A stretch of 64,000 nt of DNA from Ignavibacteriales bacterium. GTDB taxonomy: Bacteria; Bacillota; Clostridia; Acetivibrionales; UBA4821. The notes beneath the pieces are model-generated. The model made no database searches and was not told where the DNA came from. It saw only the letters and a list, made by a program, of their open reading frames with translations. Where the stretch lies: contig JBLNBO010000003.1 of NCBI GenBank assembly GCA_050260055.1, forward strand, positions 38,629-102,628, given 5' to 3'. Below, piece by piece: positions 11,561-21,829 of this stretch. The first letter of the stretch is position 1. The number at the start of each line of letters is the position of its first letter. The translations under genes were made by a program, and so were the position numbers.

Positions 11561-12250
11561 CTAAAGTATTCTCTTCGGCATAAAATCCAAATAGTCAGCA
11601 GAAGCAAATCTGAAATCTATTCCTTCTATTATACCTTGCCTTGCAGCGCTAAAATCCCCATGAAGATGCCCATATACACAAATTTTCACCGCATATTTTT
11701 TCATCACTTCAATAAATCCTTTTTCGCCACAGCTAAATGGCGGGAAATGAAGAGCTGCAATAATATCTTTCTTTCCAGCATCCGTAGCAGATTTAATCGA
11801 AAATTCAAGCCTGCTTACCTCACGAAGAAACATCTTTTTGTCGCTTTCTCCCTGGGTCTCTTCACCAGAAGGCCAGCCTCTGGTTCCGCATATAGCCCAA
11901 TCACCATATTCAAAAAAATTATTGTGAAGAAAAAAGATATTATTGAAAGAGTTCTTAGACAGGAATTTATTCATCTTTGATGCAGTTTCCCACCAGTAAT
12001 CATGATTGCCCTTTAAAATAATCTTTCTGCCTGGTAGAGAGTCAATAAATTTGAAATCTTCAAAAGCATCATTAATATATGTAGCCCAGCAAACATCTCC
12101 TGGAATTAATACCGTGTCTGCCTCAGTTACTGTTTTTGCCCAATTTTCCTGTATTTTTTGAGCATGTCCTTCCCATTTGTCACTAAAAATATCCATCGGC
12201 TTATCATTCCCAAGTGACAGATGCATATCAGAAATAGCAAAAAGCGCCAT
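11561..12250 (-). CDS. metallophosphoesterase (calcineurin-like)
   Basis: Motifs SDMHL, GD..W, GNHDYW and GH.H. Start set at MALFAISDMHL (ATG 12250). The track ORF begins 60 nt upstream. Confidence 0.85.
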   Translation of the reverse strand: MALFAISDMHLSLGNDKPMDIFSDKWEGHAQKIQENWAKTVTEADTVLIPGDVCWATYINDAFEDFKFIDSLPGRKIILKGNHDYWWETASKMNKFLSKNSFNNIFFLHNNFFEYGDWAICGTRGWPSGEETQGESDKKMFLREVSRLEFSIKSATDAGKKDIIAALHFPPFSCGEKGFIEVMKKYAVKICVYGHLHGDFSAARQGIIEGIDFRFASADYLDFMPKRIL

Positions 12251-12508
12251 TTTAAACCCCTTAAAAACTGCTAGATTAATGTTCCTGTTTTCCACTTTAT
12301 ATATTAACATCTATATGAATTAATATCAATTCTTTCCAATTAAGTAATATCAACTCTTTTAGAGATATAAACAGGTTTTTACAACTTTTTTAAAGGCATC
12401 TTTTAATAACTGATATCCATCTTTTTTGGTAAAAAATATACTGGTTACTTACCAATAATTATATGCTATACTAGCTCTACAAATATAATATTCTAAGGGG
12501 GAATATCC

Positions 12509-13666
12509 TTGAAACGCAGTTTTTTGTTTTTAGTATTCGCAATACTAATTATATCTCTGCCATTTTGCAGCCTCGCACAAGTCAGCACTGCTAAAACAGC
12601 ACAAATAAGCGGTGATACATATGTAAAATTAAGCGACATAAAAAACATACTCGGTTTTGACTATAAAAAATCTTCTACAAATTCGATAACGGTGACTAAA
12701 AAGGGTTCAAACAAAGATTTAATTGGCAATGTCACTCAATCGGTCGTAGCAATAATCGGTGAAGATAAGCAAATGAACTCTGAAATCGTAAACGATTATT
12801 ACTACAGCAAGATTCCTGCAGGCCTTATGCATGGTTCTGGAGTAATTGTAAGCAAAGACGGGAGAATTATAACCAACAATCATGTTGTTGAAAGCATGAA
12901 GGAAATTTACGTTGTGCTATATAACAACAAATCCTATAAGGCCAAACTCTTGTATAGAAATGAAGATTTGGATTTGGCCCTAATCAAGATAAATTGTACA
13001 AATCTAAAACCTATGGAATTCGAAAAGATGGAAAATATCAACGCAGGTGATGAAGTAGTTGCAATAGGAACTCCATTGTATTTCGGATGGTCAAACAGTG
13101 TTTCTAAAGGCGTAATAAGTGGTCTCAACCGTCCGGTTGATGAAACTTATACCTTCTTACAGACCGATGCAAGCATTAATCCCGGAAACAGCGGCGGACC
13201 GCTGATTAATATGAACGGAAAACTGGTAGGTATAAATACTTTAGGAATAGAATGGTTCCAAGGTATAAATTTTTCAATTCCTGTAGAAAACATTGAATAT
13301 TTTATCAATCATTATAATAAATACGGCAAGGTAAAAAGATGTTATTCCGGCCTTGAATTTGAAGAAAGCTGGCTTGCGCTTGTTGGTATTCCATCCAGCC
13401 AAGGCTTAAAAATAATCGGCATTAAAGATGATAGCATTTTCTCACAAGGGCAGGTTGTAGAAGGAGATGTCCTTGAATCAATAGACAAAGCTCCTATAAC
13501 ATCAATTGCAAGTTATAACGAGCTTCTCAAGAAGAAGCTTCCCGGCCAAACTGTAACCATGTCTTTTTCAAGGGGACTTTCCAAGTTTACTGTAAGTGTA
13601 AAACTAAAGGATTATCCCGAAACTGTAAAAAAACTTGAAGCAGAATCAAAAACAGCTAGCAAATAA
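12509..13666 (+). CDS. secreted trypsin-like serine protease of the HtrA/DegP family with C-terminal PDZ
   Basis: Signal peptide, catalytic triad contexts TNNHVV, DLALIK and GNSGGPL, then a PDZ-like tail. TTG start after GGGGGA. Confidence 0.85.
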   Translation: MKRSFLFLVFAILIISLPFCSLAQVSTAKTAQISGDTYVKLSDIKNILGFDYKKSSTNSITVTKKGSNKDLIGNVTQSVVAIIGEDKQMNSEIVNDYYYSKIPAGLMHGSGVIVSKDGRIITNNHVVESMKEIYVVLYNNKSYKAKLLYRNEDLDLALIKINCTNLKPMEFEKMENINAGDEVVAIGTPLYFGWSNSVSKGVISGLNRPVDETYTFLQTDASINPGNSGGPLINMNGKLVGINTLGIEWFQGINFSIPVENIEYFINHYNKYGKVKRCYSGLEFEESWLALVGIPSSQGLKIIGIKDDSIFSQGQVVEGDVLESIDKAPITSIASYNELLKKKLPGQTVTMSFSRGLSKFTVSVKLKDYPETVKKLEAESKTASK

Positions 13667-13706
13667 TCCGTAGCATCATGCTTTTATGAAAGGAATGATA
13701 ATTATA

Positions 13707-15767
13707 ATGAAAACCTTCAACTTTAAAAAGTTTCTCGTATTATCCCTAACTGTTTGTATGATTTTTTCAATGACCAGCTCAATAACCTTTGCAAAGGATG
13801 ATTCGGGTAAAATTGATTTTTATAAAGCTTTCTCAAAAAGCGAAGAGAACATAGATATGATTGGAAACAGGATATATAATTGGTCAATATATCTTCCAAG
13901 CGATGCAGTCATTGATAAGAATCCGAAAGCAACTTCTTTCAACATGAGTACCAACAGCTTCAAAGGAAACGTAAATATTAATGTATATAAAAATATTCAT
14001 AACCTTTCCTTAGAGCAAATATATGCCGCCTCTTTATCAAAAGACAACTCTGACCCATATTATGACTACTATTCATATGATTATAAATGCTCTGCAAAAA
14101 TCCAGACAGATAAACATAATAACCGCTATATTTCAATTTCCTCTATAACCCCGGAATACTCTTACTATGGGACTTCAGGAGGAGATGAAGAAAAAGGTAC
14201 TTACAGTGAAGAAAGAACATACCTAGGTAAAAACAACGATATTAGTTATATATATAAAGTTAATATTTCAATGGACCTTACTTTTTATAAACAGCACCAA
14301 AACCTTTTTTACAAACTCGCTGATTCTTTTAGAACAACTTTTGATTCTAAAAATCCTAATATTAAGGATTTATCTGATTTAGCTACTTCATACAGAACTT
14401 TCGAGAGTAAAATCTATGGTTGGAAAATTGAACTTGCGCCATACTGGAAGCTTCAAAACCAGGAAACTGCAACAACAGTAACATTTAAGCCTTTATATTC
14501 ATCAGAAGAAATAGGCTCCCAAACAGAATCCTCTGAGCCTGCAGAAAATGGTGAAAACAATAATGTTTCGAATTCGAATCCATCTGAAACCGATACAAAA
14601 GATAGCGGCGCATCCGGGCAAGACCAGAATACAGCATCCGAAGACCAATCCGAATCGGGAGATACCGATTCCGAGTCTGCCCAGCAGCCTTCTACAGAAA
14701 CACCTGCCGATCAGCAAACTTCTGTTAATGATGAAAGCACCGCAAATTCAAAGGTTGAAAAGATAAATGATTCTCTCGCTGTATCATTCATTTCATCCGT
14801 ACCACAAAATGAAACCTTCACGCAGTGGGCTGAAAAGGAATTTAAGAAAATACGCTCCAGTTATAACAAATCCGTATTTTCCGAATATTCTGTATCACAA
14901 GATTCAATTGGTTATAACAATAATAAAAAAGTAATGATTTATAAAATAAAAAATAACAGCCGCGATACTTTTTCAGAAGGTATAATGCTGGTCGAGGGAA
15001 ATGGTTATAGATATAAGGTTGCTCTAAGAATGAGCGATTCGAAATTCAATGAAGGAGCTGGGAAAGAAAGTTTTTACCGTATGCTAAAATCATTTACCCT
15101 TACAGATAAAAAAAGTAGTTTTATAAAGGAAGTAATTCCAGTAGATTCTATTTTGAAAGCTGATTCGCCAAAAACTATATCCTTAAAAGATTTTGATATT
15201 AAGATTCCTGCAGATAATAATTGGATTGAGCCTTTTGACATATACGAAGGACAGCTTGAGGATTACTCATATGGATACGATTCAGAATACTCTTCTGAAG
15301 AAGACCCTTCTTTAGAACAGCTTACTGTAAACAATCCATCCGCCGGTGTAACTCTTGCTATAAACGCAAGCATAATTGACCAAGAAAATGCTGCGTGGAA
15401 AGACTCATACACTTCTTCTCAATATGAATCCACTGACCCAACCCTTAATCGGCAGGCATACATATTTACTTTGAAAGATGATATAGTTTTCAAGTCTATA
15501 GAAAAATATGATATAAGAAAAATGGAAGAAGCATCCGCTGGAGATAAGAGAAAATTCTATAATTTCAAAACACTGCTCAATACTTATACTTATGTTATAA
15601 AATCCGGTAAGGAAGAATATAAACTGGTTTTCACAATTCCTGTACTAAATACGTGTGAAGAAAATGAAAAGCTTATAGAAGATTTATGGAAAAAGGTGGT
15701 CGTAAATAAAACTGCTCTTGGAAATGAAATTAAAGACTGGACGCCAATAGAATTACAAAAGCCATGA
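13707..15767 (+). CDS. secreted protein of unknown function with an acidic S/T/D/E/Q-rich linker
   Basis: Signal peptide MKTFNFKKFLVLSLTVCMIFSMTSSITFA and a low-complexity linker at about 14500-14750. Start is ambiguous (13686 or 13707). Confidence 0.6.
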   Translation: MKTFNFKKFLVLSLTVCMIFSMTSSITFAKDDSGKIDFYKAFSKSEENIDMIGNRIYNWSIYLPSDAVIDKNPKATSFNMSTNSFKGNVNINVYKNIHNLSLEQIYAASLSKDNSDPYYDYYSYDYKCSAKIQTDKHNNRYISISSITPEYSYYGTSGGDEEKGTYSEERTYLGKNNDISYIYKVNISMDLTFYKQHQNLFYKLADSFRTTFDSKNPNIKDLSDLATSYRTFESKIYGWKIELAPYWKLQNQETATTVTFKPLYSSEEIGSQTESSEPAENGENNNVSNSNPSETDTKDSGASGQDQNTASEDQSESGDTDSESAQQPSTETPADQQTSVNDESTANSKVEKINDSLAVSFISSVPQNETFTQWAEKEFKKIRSSYNKSVFSEYSVSQDSIGYNNNKKVMIYKIKNNSRDTFSEGIMLVEGNGYRYKVALRMSDSKFNEGAGKESFYRMLKSFTLTDKKSSFIKEVIPVDSILKADSPKTISLKDFDIKIPADNNWIEPFDIYEGQLEDYSYGYDSEYSSEEDPSLEQLTVNNPSAGVTLAINASIIDQENAAWKDSYTSSQYESTDPTLNRQAYIFTLKDDIVFKSIEKYDIRKMEEASAGDKRKFYNFKTLLNTYTYVIKSGKEEYKLVFTIPVLNTCEENEKLIEDLWKKVVVNKTALGNEIKDWTPIELQKP

Positions 15768-15839
15768 ATCACCTTTCCCCCTCTCTTAAAATGAGAGGGG
15801 GAAAATTTATACCAGAGTTTTAGAAAGGGATGACGTAAT

Positions 15840-16769
15840 CTGCAAAAAAGATATTACTCCTTAAAGCAGTTTTTAACAGAAAAGTTTGGTGAAAAAGTCT
15901 ATAAGATATCTATAGATGCAGGTTTTTCATGCCCTAACCGGAACAGCTCATCAGGAAATACCGGATGTATTTTCTGTAGTCCTAGAGGTTCAGGAGACTT
16001 TGCTGAAAACCCCAGTTTATCTATTTCCGAACAGCTATACGACTCCCAAAAAGGAATCCGTAAATTAGCTGCTGAATATGGAATAAACAAATATATTGCT
16101 TACTTTCAGGCGTACACCAATACTTTTGCCTCTGTTCAAGAACTCAGGAAAAAGTACCTTGAAGCAATATCGGTACCAGGAGTTATTGGCATCGCAATAG
16201 CAACACGGCCTGATTGCTTAGGCCCGGAAGTTCTGGAGCTTTTATCTGAGTTAAGTCGACAAACATATATATGGGTCGAGCTTGGCTTACAAACAATTCA
16301 TGAAAAAACCGCAGTGCTAATCAATCGGGGGTATTCCCTTTCCTGCTTTGAAGAAGCCGTTTCCAATTTAAATACTATTGGAATCGATGTAGTATGCCAT
16401 TTAATCTTTGGCCTTCCGGGAGAAAATAAAGAAGACATGCAAAAGTCAGTTGAATTTATTTCGCATAAAAAACTGCAAGGCGTCAAGCTTCATCTGCTTC
16501 ATGTTTTAGAAGGGACAGTTCTTGCTCAAATGTATAAAGCTGGTGAGTTTAACACTCTATCCATTGATGAATATGTTGAACTTGTCGTTCGCTCTTTGGA
16601 ATTGCTCCCGCCAGATTTCGTAATTCACAGATTAACCGGAGATGGCCCGAAGAATTCTTTGATTGCACCAGAATGGAGCAAAAATAAGCGCGAAGTCCTA
16701 AATCGGATAGAGAAAGAACTTAACTTCAGAAACATATATCAAGGAAGTCTTTGGAACCAGTATATCTAA
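15840..16769 (+). CDS. TIGR01212-family radical SAM protein; start codon uncertain
   Basis: The continuous frame encodes KRYYSLKQFLTEKFGEKVYKISIDAGFSCPNR......GCIFC (the CX..CxxC radical SAM cluster) through to stop 16769. The frame opens after TGA at 15831-15833 and has no ATG, GTG or TTG before the conserved N-terminus. CTG 15840 is the only near-cognate codon after the AAAGGGA RBS. Confidence 0.75.
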   Translation: MQKRYYSLKQFLTEKFGEKVYKISIDAGFSCPNRNSSSGNTGCIFCSPRGSGDFAENPSLSISEQLYDSQKGIRKLAAEYGINKYIAYFQAYTNTFASVQELRKKYLEAISVPGVIGIAIATRPDCLGPEVLELLSELSRQTYIWVELGLQTIHEKTAVLINRGYSLSCFEEAVSNLNTIGIDVVCHLIFGLPGENKEDMQKSVEFISHKKLQGVKLHLLHVLEGTVLAQMYKAGEFNTLSIDEYVELVVRSLELLPPDFVIHRLTGDGPKNSLIAPEWSKNKREVLNRIEKELNFRNIYQGSLWNQYI

Positions 16770-16817
16770 ACAAAAAACGAAGTCAGTTTTCTCTGACTTC
16801 GCCTCATAAATTATGTA

Positions 16818-17060
16818 TTAGTCGTCGCTTCCGCCGGAATCGCTTCCGCTGTCATCCGAGCTGCTATCATCTGAACTACTGTCATCCGAGCCAGCTGCTT
16901 CATCAATGGTAGCATCAGCAGTATTCTGAACCTCATTTGTTGTATTATCTACTGGCGCTGTATTATCAACTGTGTCAGTGTTGTCTGTTTCATTTCCTTT
17001 TCTCATTAAAAAGAATAAAATAATAACTACTACAACTACTCCAATAATTAATGGTACCAT
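16818..17060 (-). CDS. small membrane-anchored protein with an acidic D/S-rich tail
   Basis: 80 aa: one N-terminal TM segment, then a T/N/D-rich stretch and SSDD repeats. Confidence 0.45.
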   Translation of the reverse strand: MVPLIIGVVVVVIILFFLMRKGNETDNTDTVDNTAPVDNTTNEVQNTADATIDEAAGSDDSSSDDSSSDDSGSDSGGSDD

Positions 17061-17094
17061 ACTCTACATCTCCTGTTCGTTAAAAATTTTCTTT

Positions 17095-18963
17095 TTACAT
17101 TATATTCTTTTTGAAGGATTTCCAGAAGTATCCTTCTTTATCAATTATATCATTTATTTTTGAGAATGGAATATCAAATGTGGGAAATCCTGCCGCATAT
17201 GCTGCAATTTCATATGGCTGGAAAAACAACTGTATTTTATCATCACTAATTATAAAGCTTTGCTCTGGTTTTATTTTCTCAAATGCATCAGGGAAAAACA
17301 TATTATCAGGCCCTTTGCTCTTTTCTGAAATTTGTTCTTTTACAATAGCGCTTAATTTTTCAATATACTTACTATCTTTTTTGAACAAATCTCCAAGCTT
17401 ATAGAACGTTCCAGTATTGATATTTATATGATAGCACTCCATATAAGGCATTCCATGCGCCGCTCCAAAAGGATAGTAATATTGATTTTTTGTTACTATA
17501 ATAAGCTCTTCAGTACTTGTTATATCATAGCTTATATCAACATCTTCCACATAATTGCCATTTTCTTTTCTCGAACCACTGTTATTGCCTACAAATATCT
17601 CTTTTAGCTTTTTATTAAGCCCTTCTTCTATCTTTTTATCTGGGTGGTTTGAAAACTGTGGATAACGTATAAGCATATGAATATCCGGCCTAAATTTAGT
17701 TTCTTTAACAGCCGCGCCATTCTTAAGGTTATAAGTGTTCTCGCTCTGCCAAATCAGCTTCCCTTCTTTGGAATAATATTTAAGCCCTTCATCAATCTCA
17801 GCTTTTATAAGATTGCCAACAACCGTAAGCCTTCCTCTTCCATTAACCACAGGAAATCCTTGCGCTTTTTTGCCATAAATATCAATCAAGAAGGTTGAGT
17901 TATCATCGCTTACAGAAATATAACCGTTTTTTACTTCTGCCACATCATAGTAATTAAATCCTGTCAGGAAGGTTCCTTTAGAAGAAACAACAGCCTTTTT
18001 TACAAATGCTTCGGCACCAGGTATGGCTCCCTTTTGTCCAACATAGTATAATCCCTCTCCTATGGAAAAAATATCTGAGTACTCAGGCTTGATTGCAAAC
18101 TCGCCTTTGGTATTTATTACTCCTACTTTTTCATCAGAAAAACTTTCACCTTCATTTACAATTGCATAACCTTTTTCGAATTTGTCTGCACGGCTGAACT
18201 TAGGTTCAATAAGAATCTTCCCATCCACTTTTAGGTATCCGAATTTTTCGTTATTATCATCACTAAAAACCAAAATACCTTCTGAAAGCTCGCGAACATT
18301 ATTGTAATTTAAGAGTGAAATAATTTTACCAGCTTTATCAACTACTATGTATTCTTTATCTTTAATCTTAGCCAAGGCTTTCCCCCCGGCAAAGTCATAA
18401 GCAAATACAAACTGGGGCTTAAATAGAAGATTCCCGTTTTTATCAATATAACCATATACCCGTTTTCCTTCTCCGGCATCTTTTACACAAACCGCAAGCC
18501 CTTCATGAAAAGTATTTATTTCGTAAGGTGATAAAAATACCGTTTTTCCCTTTTCATCAATTACTTGATACTCATTTCCGTTATAAGTAACTGCACGACC
18601 CTCGGAAAAGTCAGAAATATATTGAAACTCCGGGTTAAGCACCATCCTCCCGCTTCTATCAATCAACCCAACCTTTTCCCCTGAATAAATCCTTGCCATG
18701 CCATTTTCCATGAAATCTTCGGCCTTATCGAATTGAGGATTAATTACAAAATTGCCGTTTTCATCTATATAACCCCATTTATATTCATTCTGAACCCTGT
18801 TATATGCTGGGTAAATGAAATTCTCCTGTTTATTTGTTTCTGGTTGCCCGGGAGTATTCGGGTTTTGCATATCTTTTGGTGTTAAGAACGCTTTTATAAT
18901 AAAAAACGCTATTAATACTGCCACCGCTAGAATAATTCCAATTAAAACAAGTTTCTTTTTCAT
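17095..18963 (-). CDS. WG-repeat protein with C-terminal DUF4163/DUF3298 (RsiV-like) module
   Basis: Signal anchor, multiple WGYID.NG..VI.P.F repeats, and a C-terminal GAAHGM...PYE(I)AAYA(A)G signature. Confidence 0.8.
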   Translation of the reverse strand: MKKKLVLIGIILAVAVLIAFFIIKAFLTPKDMQNPNTPGQPETNKQENFIYPAYNRVQNEYKWGYIDENGNFVINPQFDKAEDFMENGMARIYSGEKVGLIDRSGRMVLNPEFQYISDFSEGRAVTYNGNEYQVIDEKGKTVFLSPYEINTFHEGLAVCVKDAGEGKRVYGYIDKNGNLLFKPQFVFAYDFAGGKALAKIKDKEYIVVDKAGKIISLLNYNNVRELSEGILVFSDDNNEKFGYLKVDGKILIEPKFSRADKFEKGYAIVNEGESFSDEKVGVINTKGEFAIKPEYSDIFSIGEGLYYVGQKGAIPGAEAFVKKAVVSSKGTFLTGFNYYDVAEVKNGYISVSDDNSTFLIDIYGKKAQGFPVVNGRGRLTVVGNLIKAEIDEGLKYYSKEGKLIWQSENTYNLKNGAAVKETKFRPDIHMLIRYPQFSNHPDKKIEEGLNKKLKEIFVGNNSGSRKENGNYVEDVDISYDITSTEELIIVTKNQYYYPFGAAHGMPYMECYHININTGTFYKLGDLFKKDSKYIEKLSAIVKEQISEKSKGPDNMFFPDAFEKIKPEQSFIISDDKIQLFFQPYEIAAYAAGFPTFDIPFSKINDIIDKEGYFWKSFKKNIM

Positions 18964-19046
18964 AAACCCTCCAAAAAAATTAGATTGCCAGTTTTTTATT
19001 CTGGCAACCCAATTATATCAAAAATTTCCCTGATTTCTTTAAAAAT

Positions 19047-19994
19047 TTATTCCTCTTTTTTATTTTTTCTCATTATTCTAACTACAATAATTACTATTAC
19101 TACGATTACGATAACAGGAGATAGTGTAACCAAAGCAATCAATACCCAGATTATGACTGAGAAAATTGCATTAATTGTCCATATAAAGCCATTCTTCATT
19201 GCTTTCCAAATATTTGCCGGAGAGGAAAAATCCCATTTAATTTCTTCTGTTGGCTTAACAGGGTCTTTTTGCTCAAACATTGAAATGTTTACTGTTGCTT
19301 CACCTGTAAGCTTATCCCACATCTTTATACTTCCTTCAAGTGATTCAATTTGCCCAGTTATGGTATTCAACTCATTTTGAACCTTTAATATATCAGTAAT
19401 GGTAACCGCTTTCTTCTGAACTTCTAAAAGCTGATTCCTTCCATTTTTTAAATTTTCAAGCCTTGCAGCTGTATCATAATACTGGTCTGTAATATCATTG
19501 CTTGATATTGATGAATTTGAGAGCTTCCCAATACTTGCAAGAAAATCTATAAAAGCATTAAGCTTTTGGGGTGGAACCTTGAAAACAACTCTGATTTGCT
19601 TGAATTCACCGTTAAAGTTAACATCTCGGCTGAATTCATACCCGCCATTTTTTTCAACCCACGAAACAACTTTGTTAAAATCATTATCAATGACCTTTGT
19701 CTCTAAAGTTATATTAGCATCTTTAATAATTTTCTTTATGCTGAGATTATCCTTTATTCCATTATCGTTTTTCCCTTTTTCTGTTGATTCTAACGCTTCC
19801 ACAGTCATATTTGAAGACTGATTCTCATAATTTGATGCTTTCACATCCATGGCCATATTGTCCATCTGAGTGCCTGCCATACTAGATAGTTCTTGATTTT
19901 TCTGGAATGCCGGAATACTAATGACGATAATAACTGCAATAATTACAAGCATAATTATTCCTGTAATAATAAAGGCAAGGTTTTTCTTAAACAT
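19047..19994 (-). CDS. DUF4349 domain membrane protein
   Basis: N-terminal TM, central coiled coil (YYDTAARLENLK..L..I..L) and two C-terminal TM helices. This is the DUF4349 architecture. Confidence 0.7.
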   Translation of the reverse strand: MFKKNLAFIITGIIMLVIIAVIIVISIPAFQKNQELSSMAGTQMDNMAMDVKASNYENQSSNMTVEALESTEKGKNDNGIKDNLSIKKIIKDANITLETKVIDNDFNKVVSWVEKNGGYEFSRDVNFNGEFKQIRVVFKVPPQKLNAFIDFLASIGKLSNSSISSNDITDQYYDTAARLENLKNGRNQLLEVQKKAVTITDILKVQNELNTITGQIESLEGSIKMWDKLTGEATVNISMFEQKDPVKPTEEIKWDFSSPANIWKAMKNGFIWTINAIFSVIIWVLIALVTLSPVIVIVVIVIIVVRIMRKNKKEE

Positions 19995-20138
19995 AAAAGT
20001 CCCCCCATTTTCTTTTTTTATTTTAGACCACCAAGAAATATAAAAAGTTCCATGAAAGACAAAAACAAAGAGCAGGTTAAACCCGCTCTTTTAAATACTA
20101 TAAAATAAATTTTTATGCATTGAAACCATTTGAAGAAC

Positions 20139-20468
20139 TTATAAATACTTATTCAAAGTAGTTTCGAGCGCTTCCTTATTCCTCAATCCCACCATCTTTT
20201 CAATCATTTCTCCATTTTTAAACACAATAATTGCTGGAATACTCATTATCTGAAATTTTAAAGCAAGGTCTTTTTGCTCATCTACATTAACCTTTGCAAC
20301 TTTTGCTTTCCCTTCAAAATCTTCAGCTAGTTCATCAATTATCGGTCCAAGCATTCTGCACGGTCCGCACCAAGGCGCCCAGAAATCAACCAGAACAGGC
20401 ACCTCAGATTTATATACCTCGCTTTCAAAATTATCTTTTGCTAATTGTAGAACTTTTTCGCTTGCCAT
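20139..20468 (-). CDS. trxA: thioredoxin
   Basis: 109 aa with the WCGPC active site. Confidence 0.95.
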   Translation of the reverse strand: MASEKVLQLAKDNFESEVYKSEVPVLVDFWAPWCGPCRMLGPIIDELAEDFEGKAKVAKVNVDEQKDLALKFQIMSIPAIIVFKNGEMIEKMVGLRNKEALETTLNKYL

Positions 20469-20515
20469 AATTATTCCTCCTTCTTATCTTAAACTTACTT
20501 ATCTTAACTTTAAGA

Positions 20516-20785
20516 TTAATCAATAACAGCTTCCATCATCTTTAAAACTTCGCAGAGAATATCCTGAGAATTTTTTTCCTTATCAGTATTTATGCAATTT
20601 TCACAGTATTTTTTTATAAGAAGATTGCCTGTATTTTTTAATGCAGAGCGTGCGGCTGATATCTGGACAAGTATTTCTGTACATGCCTTTCCCTCTTCAA
20701 CCATACGGGCAACACCTTTTATCTGTCCTTCTATCCTGTTTAGCCTGTTTATTATTTCTTTCTTATTATCGCATACGTTATTCAT
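20516..20785 (-). CDS. CsoR/RcnR-family metal-sensing transcriptional repressor
   Basis: 89 aa with the RL.RIEGQ..G..RM helix and conserved Cys/His positions (C35, and C at YCENC). Confidence 0.8.
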   Translation of the reverse strand: MNNVCDNKKEIINRLNRIEGQIKGVARMVEEGKACTEILVQISAARSALKNTGNLLIKKYCENCINTDKEKNSQDILCEVLKMMEAVID

Positions 20786-20933
20786 AAAATCACCCCGTAT
20801 TTATAGCTAAACTATAAACTTTTTATATATTAGTCTTAATATACCCCCCTAGGGTATATTGTATCATCAAAAAATACCTCTGTCAATATTAAAGAAAAAA
20901 GCTCTGGTAAAAAATTACCAGAGCTTTTTAGAG

Positions 20934-21581
20934 TTAATTCATAATATTATGATCGGTTGACCTTTCTTCTGCTGATAAAACTAGCCCTATCAGTTCACCT
21001 AATCCTGCCACAATATCCGGCTGCATTTCACAGGCTTGAAGCAATCCTAACGCGGCAACGAAGATTCGCAGGAGACCTTCAACCTCTGCAATTTCATAGC
21101 TTATCAAGTCCCGCTCGTCCCGCATTTCAGATGTACCCGCCTTAATTTTTCTACGCGCCTCTGCGCTAGTAAGGTTTCCTATCTTCTCTTGCCTTTTCTC
21201 TATAACATCAAGTTCTTTTTCCAATGCCTGGATAAGTTTGCCTGCGGCCGACAGAATAGCCTCATAGCCTTTTTCTTCCTCATTTTCGGTCAATTCAGGT
21301 TGGCTTTCAATACTGTTCAGAACCTCCAGACCAATTTTGTCAAAGCAATACTCAAACAGGGCAACTACTCCTACATTAAGTCTGTCGGTTATGTCGGCAC
21401 CATACCTTTCTGCTACTCTGAAGGCCTTGGCCAGATGCCTAATCAGTATTCTTTCAGAGAATTCGCCGTTGAGTATGTCCTTGAAACGATTATTTTCAGG
21501 GATTCTTCCTTTCTCTCTTTGGGTTACCAACAAAACTCTTTTCAGTTCAACCAAATAGTCCTTTTCAATCTTACTTTCCAT
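20934..21581 (-). CDS. hypothetical helical protein
   Basis: 215-aa ORF with a hairpin+T-run terminator at about 20899-20930. No motif recognised. Confidence 0.5.
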   Translation of the reverse strand: MESKIEKDYLVELKRVLLVTQREKGRIPENNRFKDILNGEFSERILIRHLAKAFRVAERYGADITDRLNVGVVALFEYCFDKIGLEVLNSIESQPELTENEEEKGYEAILSAAGKLIQALEKELDVIEKRQEKIGNLTSAEARRKIKAGTSEMRDERDLISYEIAEVEGLLRIFVAALGLLQACEMQPDIVAGLGELIGLVLSAEERSTDHNIMN

Positions 21582-21829
21582 TATTTTCCCACTCCTTCCT
21601 TTTTTACGACAGCACCTAAAAAATTTTTTGGGGCACTAACTGAACTACCTGCAACAAGCATAATAATAAAATGGGACACATTATTATGAAATTTTATCAC
21701 AACTAATTATTCTTGTAAATAAAAAAACATTTATCAATAAAATAAATCGCATTTTGGCTGATAAATGTTTTAATACTTCCCTATGAACAAAATTGAGCTA
21801 TTAAGAGAAGAGAATTAAAACTCTCTTCT

